Shown here in pieces: positions 1 to 9,161 of a stretch of DNA of 64,000 bases. Position 1 is the stretch's first letter; each line of letters begins with the position of its first letter. Origin of the DNA: Candidatus Poribacteria bacterium (lineage in GTDB: Bacteria > Poribacteria > WGA-4E > WGA-3G); assembly GCA_965205015.1 (NCBI GenBank), contig OZ242029.1, positions 2,176,001 through 2,240,000 on the forward strand, in the 5' to 3' direction. A model generated the notes under the pieces. That model was given only the letters and a program-made list of their open reading frames with translations. It did not search any database and was not told the origin of the DNA. The position numbers and the translations under genes were made by a program.

Positions 1-2
1 GG

Positions 3-3000
3 ATAAAGGATTTCACGCTAACCGATGCCCAGGCTGCAGCGATACGCCAGGCTTTAGGTGCCTCGGTGAAAATTGTCGATCATCTCGTGCCGATTACCTA
101 TAGCGATCCAGATAATACCGTGGTGATGCCTATCCTGCAAGGGATGTATGGCGACTACGGCATTCGGGCAATGGGGATTGATACGCTTTTCAACGTCGGT
201 TCCTATGCTGAACCCACACGGCTTAGAGTTGTTATGCCAGATCCCGACAAAGCAAGCGTTACAGCCGCCAGTATCGGCGACCGAAACGGGGATGGCGATG
301 CCAACGAACCCTACGAAAGCGGAACCATCTTCTCGAACACCACAGATGGTGTGATGTTGACTATCACCTTGGATAAGCGCACAGTCCACCCCGCAGCCAT
401 TAGGGTGGAATACATGGACGCAAACGGTGCCTGGCAGTCAATCGGCGAAGAAATGTTCGATGAAGGCGAAGGCGAAACAGGATCAACCTTTGAAGTCAGG
501 TGGGATGTCACCGATTTTGATGCGTTAGTGAGCGCGGGAGATTCTGTCATGGTGCGTGCAGTCGCAATGAATCGCCTTGGAATCTCCGATCCCGATCCAA
601 TGCAGTTCTCAATCAAGTTGGATGCGGGCGTGCATCCTGTTGACCTTGAGATTCTGGCACTCGTCCTCAACGCTGAATCCATTACGAAAACAAATCCAGA
701 TAGTGGTGCCCCACAAGGCACGGTCGTTATTGATGGATATACGCCACAACGGACATATCCAGAGACTGCCTCCCTCAAGTTGATGATTGGCGATGAAGTC
801 GTTGGCACAGCCGATACAGGTGTTCTCGCGACCGCAGAAGAGGTCGCAGCATTACAGCAGAATACCGACTTTATCACGGATCTCGTTGCGGTTGCAGCGG
901 AAGCGACAGCCATGGATGCGCTATCAGGGAAACCGATCTACTATCCAACCTATCTGAAATGGTCGGCTGAAGTAGATACAACAGCTCTGGAAGATACCAT
1001 CACAGCCGAGAGTGACGCCGCACGCGACGCCTCTAAGGATGACAGCCAGTATATGGTAACTGCGGTCGCAATGACCAGCGGTGGTGAGGAAAGAGCAGGA
1101 CGTCCAGGCGCAAAGACGCATCTATCGGTTGACAACGTTGACGATGTCGCCCCACTCGGGCCAACAACCATTGTCGCTGTCGCCGATGTCGCAGGGGCTA
1201 TTGAAGCTGACGCAGATGGCAACTACACAGTCGGTGGCATCGTTGATGAAACAGTTCCATCACCGATAGCAACGTATACCGCTGAACCGACTGCCGACCC
1301 GAGCACGTATGCCTCAATTCAGTTAGTTCAAGTCGATGCCGATGGCAACGAGACCATGATCGATGGTGAAGTCGGAATGCTGGACGTTACCACCGATGTC
1401 GGGATGCTTGGAAATGGCGCTTATATGATCCACGCCCTTGCAGTCGACGAAGCCGGTAATGTGCAAACCGATGAATCGCCACAAATCACGGTGAACGTGC
1501 TGAACTTCCGAGTCGCTGATGTCGCTCAGTTGAAAGTTACAGCCGTTGACGGTGTGGATGTTCTCAGAACGCCACAGGAACCGATTCCACTTCGGAGTTC
1601 ACTGACTTTCGGCTTTAATGTTGACAACGGTTCGTTAGATGCTGAAGAACTTAGCGGTTCTGTTGATGGCAGTGACGTGCCAAGCGAAAGTGCCGAAGAT
1701 CCTGAAAATACCTTCTCACTCATGGTAGATGTTTCAGAGGTACCCAACGACGGACTGTATACACCGAATGCCGTTGTTACCAAACGGAACGGTTCGGTGG
1801 GTTTCCCATTGAAAGAAATCAATCTGGATCGCACACCTCCAATGGTCGAAATTCAAACGCCTTCGGAAGACGCTACAGTCGCGAGTTTGCCAACCGTTCA
1901 TGCAACCTATAACGATGGTGACGGTAGTGGTACCGACAGCAACGGTAAGGAAGCCTTATCGTGGGCAACTACGGAACTATCTGCCGGTCCAACAGTCGGT
2001 ATAACACGCATCCACCCCGAAGCAGGGGATGTTGATGTCGCAGTCGATCAGGATGCTATTGAAACGGATAACGGCACGTTGGTCTATACCCGGACTGATA
2101 GACTCGGTGGTGGGGCGTATCGCGTAACCGTGCAAGTTGCCGATATACTCGGAAACGTCGGTAAAGCCTCCCGTGAGTTCGCTATCGAAGGGACTCCTGC
2201 AGACACAACACCGCCAGTCATCGCTGAAGTGGCTCCGTCTGGATCTATTAATGCCACCGACTTGGCTTCATCTGAATTTACCAAGGTCTCCGATGAAGAG
2301 GCTCTTATTAAGGTAAACCTTTCAGCGGTTGTGTCCGATGTCGAATCCAGCGTTGTAAGTGTGAAGTTCCGTGTAGATGACAAACCGTTTCTCTCTGTAC
2401 CGCGTATAAACATCAAAGAAGGTGCGCGAGTTGAGTTTGTCCTCGGACCAGGTACCCACACCGCAACAGTGTCCGCAACCAGCCAAGGCGGCACAACGGA
2501 ACATACGTGGACATTCGACATAATCTTTGATCAGGTCGCACCTACGATCACCTCCATTACGCCAACAGGAACTATCCGTGCTGGGCTCCCAACAATTTCG
2601 GTGAGTGCCAACGATGAATCAGGTGTTGATGAAATCAATCTTGTCCTGATGGATAGCAATGGGAAAGAGGTGAAAGGTGATACTCAAGATGATGGTGAAA
2701 GAGGTATTGAAGGTATCACACGCTTGGATTTCATGCCTGAAGAACCTCTCGATGAGGGAACTTACACGATTGAAGTCCGCGCAACCGATGCAAGCGGTAA
2801 CTCTGCCACAGCAAAGGGTGGTTTCACAATCGACTTTGATACTGCCGCTCCGGTTATCACGATGTCGTCTCCACAACAGGATGCACGACTCATATTGGAG
2901 AGCGGTGATGAAGCTCCGACGGTTTCGGTAACCTATACCGATTCCGAATCCGGTGTAAATGTTGAATCCATCGTCTTGGCAATTGAGGGACCTATATTCA

Positions 3001-3548
3001 AGTCTACCCGGAGTGGGGATACGATTAACCTAAAGCCCGAACAGAAGTCGGCAAGTCAGGTTATGTATACCCTTCCGCTGAATACAAATACCCCTCCAGC
3101 AGGCTGGATCGGGAAATACGTGGTAAGGCTTGAAGTGTCTGACAACGCGCATCTGGAGGGCAATGTCTCTGAAAAGAGTAGCGGTGCCCGTGAAGCGAAC
3201 ACGACAGTCCACGAGTTTAGTTTCTTTGTTGAGCACGACGGAGGTCCAATATTCGTAGCACCTCCAATGAACGTGCCCAATCCATTCACGGATAGAACCG
3301 ATATTTCCTTTGGGTTAGCTCGGCAGTCTATCGTGAGCATTGTTGTTTATGACATAACACTCCGTCCAGTTCGAGTGCTTATGGATAACGAGATGCGGGA
3401 TGCAGGCAAAAATGCGATCCGTTGGGATGGAACTAGCTCTAATGGTGAAGATTTAGCTCGAGGGGTCTACTTCTGTCAAATTATGGTGACAGATGGTGAA
3501 GATTTCGAGCCTGAATATGCCATTCTCAAAATCGCACTGACGCGCTAA
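3..3548 (+). CDS. Large acidic surface/secreted protein (5'-partial) with multiple Ig-like domains and a C-terminal FlgD-Ig / T9SS-type-A-like sorting domain
   Basis: Frame is open from position 3, so the GTG at 66 is internal. Repeated Ig-like motifs (DTTPPVI, D..GN, YTIEVRATDASGN). C-terminus NVPNPF..TDISF.L....VSIVVYD....VR.L......G...IRWDG....G..LARGVYF. Confidence 0.8.
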   Translation: MKDFTLTDAQAAAIRQALGASVKIVDHLVPITYSDPDNTVVMPILQGMYGDYGIRAMGIDTLFNVGSYAEPTRLRVVMPDPDKASVTAASIGDRNGDGDANEPYESGTIFSNTTDGVMLTITLDKRTVHPAAIRVEYMDANGAWQSIGEEMFDEGEGETGSTFEVRWDVTDFDALVSAGDSVMVRAVAMNRLGISDPDPMQFSIKLDAGVHPVDLEILALVLNAESITKTNPDSGAPQGTVVIDGYTPQRTYPETASLKLMIGDEVVGTADTGVLATAEEVAALQQNTDFITDLVAVAAEATAMDALSGKPIYYPTYLKWSAEVDTTALEDTITAESDAARDASKDDSQYMVTAVAMTSGGEERAGRPGAKTHLSVDNVDDVAPLGPTTIVAVADVAGAIEADADGNYTVGGIVDETVPSPIATYTAEPTADPSTYASIQLVQVDADGNETMIDGEVGMLDVTTDVGMLGNGAYMIHALAVDEAGNVQTDESPQITVNVLNFRVADVAQLKVTAVDGVDVLRTPQEPIPLRSSLTFGFNVDNGSLDAEELSGSVDGSDVPSESAEDPENTFSLMVDVSEVPNDGLYTPNAVVTKRNGSVGFPLKEINLDRTPPMVEIQTPSEDATVASLPTVHATYNDGDGSGTDSNGKEALSWATTELSAGPTVGITRIHPEAGDVDVAVDQDAIETDNGTLVYTRTDRLGGGAYRVTVQVADILGNVGKASREFAIEGTPADTTPPVIAEVAPSGSINATDLASSEFTKVSDEEALIKVNLSAVVSDVESSVVSVKFRVDDKPFLSVPRINIKEGARVEFVLGPGTHTATVSATSQGGTTEHTWTFDIIFDQVAPTITSITPTGTIRAGLPTISVSANDESGVDEINLVLMDSNGKEVKGDTQDDGERGIEGITRLDFMPEEPLDEGTYTIEVRATDASGNSATAKGGFTIDFDTAAPVITMSSPQQDARLILESGDEAPTVSVTYTDSESGVNVESIVLAIEGPIFKSTRSGDTINLKPEQKSASQVMYTLPLNTNTPPAGWIGKYVVRLEVSDNAHLEGNVSEKSSGAREANTTVHEFSFFVEHDGGPIFVAPPMNVPNPFTDRTDISFGLARQSIVSIVVYDITLRPVRVLMDNEMRDAGKNAIRWDGTSSNGEDLARGVYFCQIMVTDGEDFEPEYAILKIALTR

Positions 3549-3620
3549 GTAAATGGCAGTCTGCATATCGGGAATTGGACATCTGTCCAGTTCCCGATGT
3601 GGACACTGAAGGAGGATATA

Positions 3621-4619
3621 ATGTTAATGACAGAGCAAATCGCTAAATGGGTTTCCAAACAGGGCCCGAAATTGCTATGCGGTTTAATACCACTTTTCTT
3701 TCTTATCCTAACGGTGTCACCGGTCAGCTTTGCCGGGGTGAATGCCATGCCGCATTTACGGCTTGGTGCTGGTGCACGCTCGATCGGCATGGGGGGTGCT
3801 TTCACAGCTATCGCCGATGATGCCACCGCAACCGTTTGGAACCCAGCAGGACTCGGCTCCGCAGCGGATTTAAGTCTCAACTTTTCGACGCAGCAACTCG
3901 ATCTGGATAGGAGCCATAACTTCATCGCACTGACGAAAGCACTCGGTTCGGCAGGGTCTATCGGACTTGCTGTCACAAATGCCGGCGTGAGTGGTATCCC
4001 ACAATATAGTAAAAACGCGAAATATGGTGGCACATTCAACTATAGTGCCAACGCCTATTCCCTCTCCTACGGCATTGGTTTCGGAAACTTCGGTATCGGT
4101 TTAACTGGTCGCATGTTGGCAGATAACTTTGGCGTAGAAGGGGTTGAGAACCAGAGTGGGTTTGGCGGTGTAGATGTCGGACTCATGGGACATGCCTTGC
4201 ACATAGATGTCGGCGAAGAAAAGGTCCCGACTTTCCATTACGGACTCGCTGTGAAATATTTAGGGGCAGCCCTTGGTGAAGATACCGTGCCGATGGTGAT
4301 TAGCGTCGGTGCAGCCTATAACCTCTATGTAGGTAACGTTGTCACATTCGCAGCCGATCTCGAGCAAGAGATGGTCAATCTTGACGAGAGCGCGACAAGT
4401 CTAAGACTTGGTACTGAATATACCATTGTCACTTACAAATCCACCGCACTTGCTATCAGAGGTGGAGTCAGAGCGTCACGCGATACCCAAAATCTCTTCG
4501 GAGGATTTGGCGTAAACATCGGCGGTCTGCAGATTGACTATGCTATTCAAGATGGTATGGCGAGTGAAATTAACGGTGTCGGATCGACTCACTTTGCGTC
4601 CCTCTCTTATAGATTTTAA
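3621..4619 (+). CDS. PorV/PorQ-family (UPF0164/FadL-like) outer-membrane beta-barrel
   Basis: Signal peptide, motif GAGARSIGMGGAFTAIADDATATVWNPAGL, C-terminal aromatic YRF. AGGAGG RBS before ATG at 3621. Confidence 0.8.
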   Translation: MLMTEQIAKWVSKQGPKLLCGLIPLFFLILTVSPVSFAGVNAMPHLRLGAGARSIGMGGAFTAIADDATATVWNPAGLGSAADLSLNFSTQQLDLDRSHNFIALTKALGSAGSIGLAVTNAGVSGIPQYSKNAKYGGTFNYSANAYSLSYGIGFGNFGIGLTGRMLADNFGVEGVENQSGFGGVDVGLMGHALHIDVGEEKVPTFHYGLAVKYLGAALGEDTVPMVISVGAAYNLYVGNVVTFAADLEQEMVNLDESATSLRLGTEYTIVTYKSTALAIRGGVRASRDTQNLFGGFGVNIGGLQIDYAIQDGMASEINGVGSTHFASLSYRF

Positions 4620-4631
4620 AGGAGATAACTG

Positions 4632-5489
4632 ATGAAAATGATAAGAGGCACACTGAAGTTGGCACTAATTCTGTACATTTGCGCAGCACTCAGTGGAGTT
4701 TACGTGTTATCCGCATCTGCGAAAATCACACCCCATGACGGGGACGAAAGCACGACGCTCATCACCATTGTAAAAGGGGATACCCTCTGGGATCTCTGCC
4801 AGGAACACCTCAAGGACCCACTCCGGTGGCGCGAACTGAGCAAGTATAACGACTTCACTAACCCACACCTCATCTATCCCGGCGAAGAATTGCGTATTCC
4901 AATCGCTATGATGAAAGAGGTTAAGGAGATTGCTGAAGAAGAACTTGTCGCGCAGCAGGAGGCGCTTGAAAAACTAAGGGCGGAGTTAGCCGAATCCGAA
5001 GCGACGCGGGATAAACTCGAAGCAGAAATTAACGGACTCAACAAGAGTATGGACGAACTCAAGGCACAAATTGATGCACTTGAGGCAAGTCTAAAATCAC
5101 AAGAAAAGTTAATGGCTGCTGTAAGTCAATCTGGTGACGCAATCTCTTCGAGTATCAAGGAAGCCTTGGCAGCGAAAAAAGCGGCTATCATTGACAAGAT
5201 TGCCCACCTTGACGAGCGTCTCGCAGGCATCGAGAAGATGATCAAAGAGCACACAATGGCAGAGGCGGCAACACGCGAACTCATTGAATCCATCGAAGGG
5301 AACGTGAAGATGTTTTTGGCGAGTATTGAAGCCAACCAAAAGGCAATCAACGAAGTCAAAATGATACTTAAGGATGCCAAAGGTGTCCACGAGGAACTCT
5401 CCTCATCTAAACGCGCTCTGGTGTTTCTGACGACTGTGGCAGCAGGCGTCGGCTTGTTTGCTATCAACGCCATCGGTGGACGCGAATAA
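4632..5489 (+). CDS. LysM-domain protein with long coiled coil and C-terminal hydrophobic helix
   Basis: Signal peptide; LysM motif IVKGDTLWDL...W..L..YN....PHLIYPGEELRIP; heptad-rich central region; hydrophobic C-terminus. GGAG RBS. Confidence 0.8.
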   Translation: MKMIRGTLKLALILYICAALSGVYVLSASAKITPHDGDESTTLITIVKGDTLWDLCQEHLKDPLRWRELSKYNDFTNPHLIYPGEELRIPIAMMKEVKEIAEEELVAQQEALEKLRAELAESEATRDKLEAEINGLNKSMDELKAQIDALEASLKSQEKLMAAVSQSGDAISSSIKEALAAKKAAIIDKIAHLDERLAGIEKMIKEHTMAEAATRELIESIEGNVKMFLASIEANQKAINEVKMILKDAKGVHEELSSSKRALVFLTTVAAGVGLFAINAIGGRE

Positions 5490-5508
5490 GCGAAACCCAT
5501 CACCTTTT

Positions 5509-5547
5509 AGGCAGGGAGGGTGTTTCAAACACCTCCCTGCCTTTTTT
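5509..5547 (+). terminator. Rho-independent terminator
   Basis: AGGCAGGGAGG...CCTCCCTGCCT stem followed by a T-run, just after the LysM gene. Confidence 0.8.
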
Positions 5548-5582
5548 ATACAATTCGCTACGCAGCAAAGACCCTGTCCGTT

Positions 5583-5609
5583 GCTGGCGAGGTTTCAAAC
5601 CTCGCCAGC
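5583..5609. repeat. REP-like palindrome (GCTGGCGAGGTT family)
   Basis: GCTGGCGAGGTTTCAAACCTCGCCAGC; near-identical copy at 41610. Confidence 0.7.
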
Positions 5610-5635
5610 GGTGTGTGGGCAAAGGTCCTGGGTAT

Positions 5636-6256
5636 ATGTCATCAAGTATCGCTAAATATCCTCGGGGAAACACCCAAGCAAAAACACCACCCTTCACGCA
5701 GGCAATCAAACTTTACGGCGATAGAACGGGGAGTAAGGGGACCTTTAGATTCGCCGGTCTCGCGTGGATACAGGACACCAGAGTCGTTCTTGTACAAGGC
5801 GACGCACAAAGCCTGAACGATGCTGCGGAGTGGCGATGTTTTCTACGATTAACGACACTGGCACATCGCCTCAAAAAGCCTATTCTTCTATGGAATCTCC
5901 CCCTTGTACACATCGCGACAGTCCAACGTCGAACCTCATTAGAGTGTGCACAGGCAATTCAGAACGCTGAATTGGAACTCTTAAAATTGCCATACCCTAT
6001 CATCACAGTTTTCGATGAAGCTTATGACAGCACTTACGCGTATCCGGAACTTATATGGAACGACGGCGTTGTACTCGTGACACCACCGGATGCACAGTTT
6101 TCTGAACACGAAAAGGTGAAAATCGCACGGCACGCAACGGACATTGGATCCGCAATTTTGGAACTCCTCTGTCAAGCAGAAACGATTCCTGCCTCAGAAT
6201 TAATCAAAAATCGGCAAGAGTCCTTACGGCTTGCAGCGAAAAGCGGGAATAGTTAG
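5636..6256 (+). CDS. Divergent acetyl-CoA carboxylase carboxyltransferase alpha (AccA)-like protein, probably non-catalytic
   Basis: Colinear resemblance to AccA: LYGDR, AGLAWI, LRLTTLAHRLKKPI, AQAI...LLKLPYPIITV, ELIKNRQESLR. Lacks GHQKG, DTPGA and GEGGSGGA. Confidence 0.55.
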   Translation: MSSSIAKYPRGNTQAKTPPFTQAIKLYGDRTGSKGTFRFAGLAWIQDTRVVLVQGDAQSLNDAAEWRCFLRLTTLAHRLKKPILLWNLPLVHIATVQRRTSLECAQAIQNAELELLKLPYPIITVFDEAYDSTYAYPELIWNDGVVLVTPPDAQFSEHEKVKIARHATDIGSAILELLCQAETIPASELIKNRQESLRLAAKSGNS

Positions 6257-6282
6257 CAGTTTGGAATGCGTAAAGGACACGC

Positions 6283-6389
6283 AGCCTGCAACAACGGCGC
6301 AGGCGGATATGAGGAACGCATTTGATAGTTCCAACGCCCGTTGTTCCTCCGCAAGGTAAAATTAAAAATCCGCAAGGAACCATTAAAAA
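6283..6389 (+). repeat. Repeated structured leader element, copy A
   Basis: AGCCTGCAACAACGGCGCAGGCG is identical to 40542-40564; ends CCGCAAGG..AATTAAAAA directly before the ATG. Confidence 0.7.
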
Positions 6390-7013
6390 ATGTTTGAAGC
6401 GAAATTAAAACCTCGACTTGAAATGATCCTCTCTGTCATAGCAAATAAGATGGTCGCAATCGGTATTACAGCGAATATGGTGACACTCTTCGGGTTCCTC
6501 GTGAACCTCATCGCGACCTTTTACTTTGCAACAGGTCGTCTCGTCACCGGCGGAATTCTGATTCTGTTTGGGGGGAGTTTTGATATGATAGACGGGGCAG
6601 TCGCACGCGCACAGAGAAATTCACGCGCATCCGGCGCACTCTTGGACTCCGTCATTGATCGATACTCGGAAGGCTTCCTTCTCCTTGGAGCCCTTATCTA
6701 CTTTTACGGTTTGGAAAGTCTACTTGGGATAGTTCTCGCATTCAGCGCATGGTTCGGTTCAATACTCGTCAGCTATGTTAGGGCAAGGGCGGAGGGACTT
6801 CGGGTGACCTGCAAGGTAGGACTCATGCAACGACCGGAACGTATTATTTTACTCGGGGCTGGAACCGTGCTACAAGGGGCACTCTTACACAAACTTCCCT
6901 ACCTCCAAAGTACAGGCATGATTCTACTTTGTACACTCGGTATACTCACACTCACTTCACATATTACCGCTATCCACCGCCTTATCTTTTCGTATCAAGA
7001 GTTGAGCCGCTAA
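6390..7013 (+). CDS. CDP-alcohol phosphatidyltransferase
   Basis: Signature DMIDGAVAR...GALLDSVIDR; SYVRARAE; RPER. Confidence 0.9.
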   Translation: MFEAKLKPRLEMILSVIANKMVAIGITANMVTLFGFLVNLIATFYFATGRLVTGGILILFGGSFDMIDGAVARAQRNSRASGALLDSVIDRYSEGFLLLGALIYFYGLESLLGIVLAFSAWFGSILVSYVRARAEGLRVTCKVGLMQRPERIILLGAGTVLQGALLHKLPYLQSTGMILLCTLGILTLTSHITAIHRLIFSYQELSR

Positions 7014-7804
7014 CCGAGTCCAAGCACGGATATAATATCTAAGTTAAAAGGCTTTAACGCTAAGTTCACCGAAAAAACCAAAACAGCTACAACAAGCACC
7101 ACTTTAATCCATTTATCACCTTTTTCGACTGCCCAATGGCTGCCAATCCATGCCCCCGTAGCATTCCCTATTGCTAACGTCACACCTAAGCGCCAATCGA
7201 CCTGCTTTTCCATGATAAAAATGCCGAGGGCAAGCACGGTGTAAAAGAAGATAACTAAAACTTTAATCGCATTCGTCCGAACGAGATCAATACCCGTCAA
7301 AAGGCGCAGTGCCGTTATAACAAGCAGCCCCACGCCTGCTTGGATAAACCCACCATAAATTCCAATAAGAAAGAACGCAACCATCGCGAGGACTGTAGAA
7401 CCTGTACCCCTACTTTCAATCCTGTCCTTTAACCGTGCTGTCGGATTCAGCAGTGTTAACCCGAGCATAATGAGCATCACGGCTGCGAGGATAAATTGAA
7501 ACAGGGCTGCATCCGTACCAATCGCAATTTTAGCACCTATCCCCGCACCGATAACTGCAGGAACAGCGAGTAAGATGCCATACCGAAAATCAGAGACCCC
7601 CTTACGCCGGAAACCCATAATGGCGCTGAGGTTTTGGAAGAAAATAGCGATCCGATTTGTGCCGTTTGCTAATGTCGGATCCGAGGTGAGGAAGATAAGC
7701 ATTGGAAGTGCCAACAACGAGCCTCCCGCAGCGACTGTGTTTAAAAAACCTGCGGCAATGCCTGTACCAAACAGCAAGACCGTGTGCAAAAGGTTAAAAT
7801 CCAC
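7010..7804 (-). CDS. TauE/SafE-family sulfite exporter
   Basis: GFLNTVAAGGSLL, ANGTN, GIYGGFIQAGVG; multiple TM helices. Confidence 0.9.
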   Translation of the reverse strand: MDFNLLHTVLLFGTGIAAGFLNTVAAGGSLLALPMLIFLTSDPTLANGTNRIAIFFQNLSAIMGFRRKGVSDFRYGILLAVPAVIGAGIGAKIAIGTDAALFQFILAAVMLIMLGLTLLNPTARLKDRIESRGTGSTVLAMVAFFLIGIYGGFIQAGVGLLVITALRLLTGIDLVRTNAIKVLVIFFYTVLALGIFIMEKQVDWRLGVTLAIGNATGAWIGSHWAVEKGDKWIKVVLVVAVLVFSVNLALKPFNLDIISVLGLG

Positions 7805-7813
7805 TTTATGCCC

Positions 7814-8095
7814 CTATTGTTTCCCCTTTTTTGATGAATTGGAGAGTATTTGGCGATATTTCGCAAAACCGATGAGAGCGAGAGCAACAATATTACCGAA
7901 AACAATGGCACTTCCAAATCCCGCAATTACCAAAAAACTACCGATCCGAAGAATTCCATCTCCAAACGGACACTGCCAGTCTAAAATAAAAATAGCCACG
8001 ACAGGAATCAGCGTGCCAAGTATGAACCCTATTCCCGCAGCAGCACCAGCAACGTTCTGAAATTTTTTTACCATCGGTAGCTGCACTTCAAACAT
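7814..8095 (-). CDS. Small membrane protein (2 TM), unknown function
   Basis: 93-aa ORF with two hydrophobic helices inside a co-directional gene run. Confidence 0.55.
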   Translation of the reverse strand: MFEVQLPMVKKFQNVAGAAAGIGFILGTLIPVVAIFILDWQCPFGDGILRIGSFLVIAGFGSAIVFGNIVALALIGFAKYRQILSNSSKKGKQ

Positions 8096-8126
8096 CTGCG
8101 TTCTTCCGTTTCTACATCCATTTTCG

Positions 8127-9161
8127 TTAGGTGAGCCCTAAATACTTATCCCTGCCTTGTACGAGTGCCTCTATCTTTCGATCCACTACAGAACGTTGGA
8201 GCATCCAAAAACCGCAGTCCGGATGCACCCAGCCAATCCGTCCAGACCCCAACATTTTTTCCGCTGTTTCGATGCTGGCTGCCACCTCATCCGGAGTCTC
8301 AACCGGATTGACCTTTACATCAATCACGCCGATACCGAGGACAATATCTGATCTAATCTCCCTGAGTGCCTCAAGGTCTGCCTTGGGACGATGTTGCAGT
8401 TCTAAAACTAAGTGATCGCACCGGAGCGTGTTCAAGAAGTCCACCAGAGCACGCCAGTTCCCTTTTTGGATGACCTGACCGCCATAGTTGCCAAAGCAGA
8501 AGTGCACCGCTTTCTCTCCACTAAACGCATCAAGGACAATATTAATCGCTTCGGCGGCGCGAGGACCATCTTGTGGGTTACCCGGTATATTCGCCTCATC
8601 AATTTGAAGACACGCACAATCCAGTTCACGGACCTGTGTCGCTAATACTTCTGCCAAAGCGTTCAACAGAGCATCAAAGTCCCCATAATATTTGTCCAAC
8701 AGCGTCCGTGCGAGCATGTAAGGGCTCGTTACCGTAAATTTAATATCCTTTCCAGATACGCTCACTGCGCGCTCGCAATCAGAAACGACGTTTAACGTGC
8801 CTTCTCCCAGGGCATTCTCAACAACCCCTGCCGGTTTCGCACGGAACGACATCGTCTGCATCTGCCGAAAATCATGCCATTCTTGTCTCCCTACGTCCGA
8901 TCTCACGCCAGAAAGCGGACGGATGAAATAATCAATCATTCCGTTCGTATCTGGGTGGTTGGCATCAAAACGATAAAGTTCGCCATCTGTCGGTAGGTCA
9001 ATACCGTGTTGCCGCTGGATGTCTACGACGACCCGCGTCGCATCAAGCAGCGTCTGCTCTGTTGGCATTGACAGGAGCCAGGCGGGAACAGGATAAGAAC
9101 CCACGGTTGTCGTTAAAATTTCTGGTTTTTTTGTTGTATTCTTCACAGATTTAATTTTCAA
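8127..9161 (-). CDS. Cobalamin-independent methionine synthase II family (single catalytic barrel)
   Basis: TTVGSYP, TDGE, QIDE, Zn ligands HFC...E...PDCG. Confidence 0.85.
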   Translation of the reverse strand: MKIKSVKNTTKKPEILTTTVGSYPVPAWLLSMPTEQTLLDATRVVVDIQRQHGIDLPTDGELYRFDANHPDTNGMIDYFIRPLSGVRSDVGRQEWHDFRQMQTMSFRAKPAGVVENALGEGTLNVVSDCERAVSVSGKDIKFTVTSPYMLARTLLDKYYGDFDALLNALAEVLATQVRELDCACLQIDEANIPGNPQDGPRAAEAINIVLDAFSGEKAVHFCFGNYGGQVIQKGNWRALVDFLNTLRCDHLVLELQHRPKADLEALREIRSDIVLGIGVIDVKVNPVETPDEVAASIETAEKMLGSGRIGWVHPDCGFWMLQRSVVDRKIEALVQGRDKYLGLT

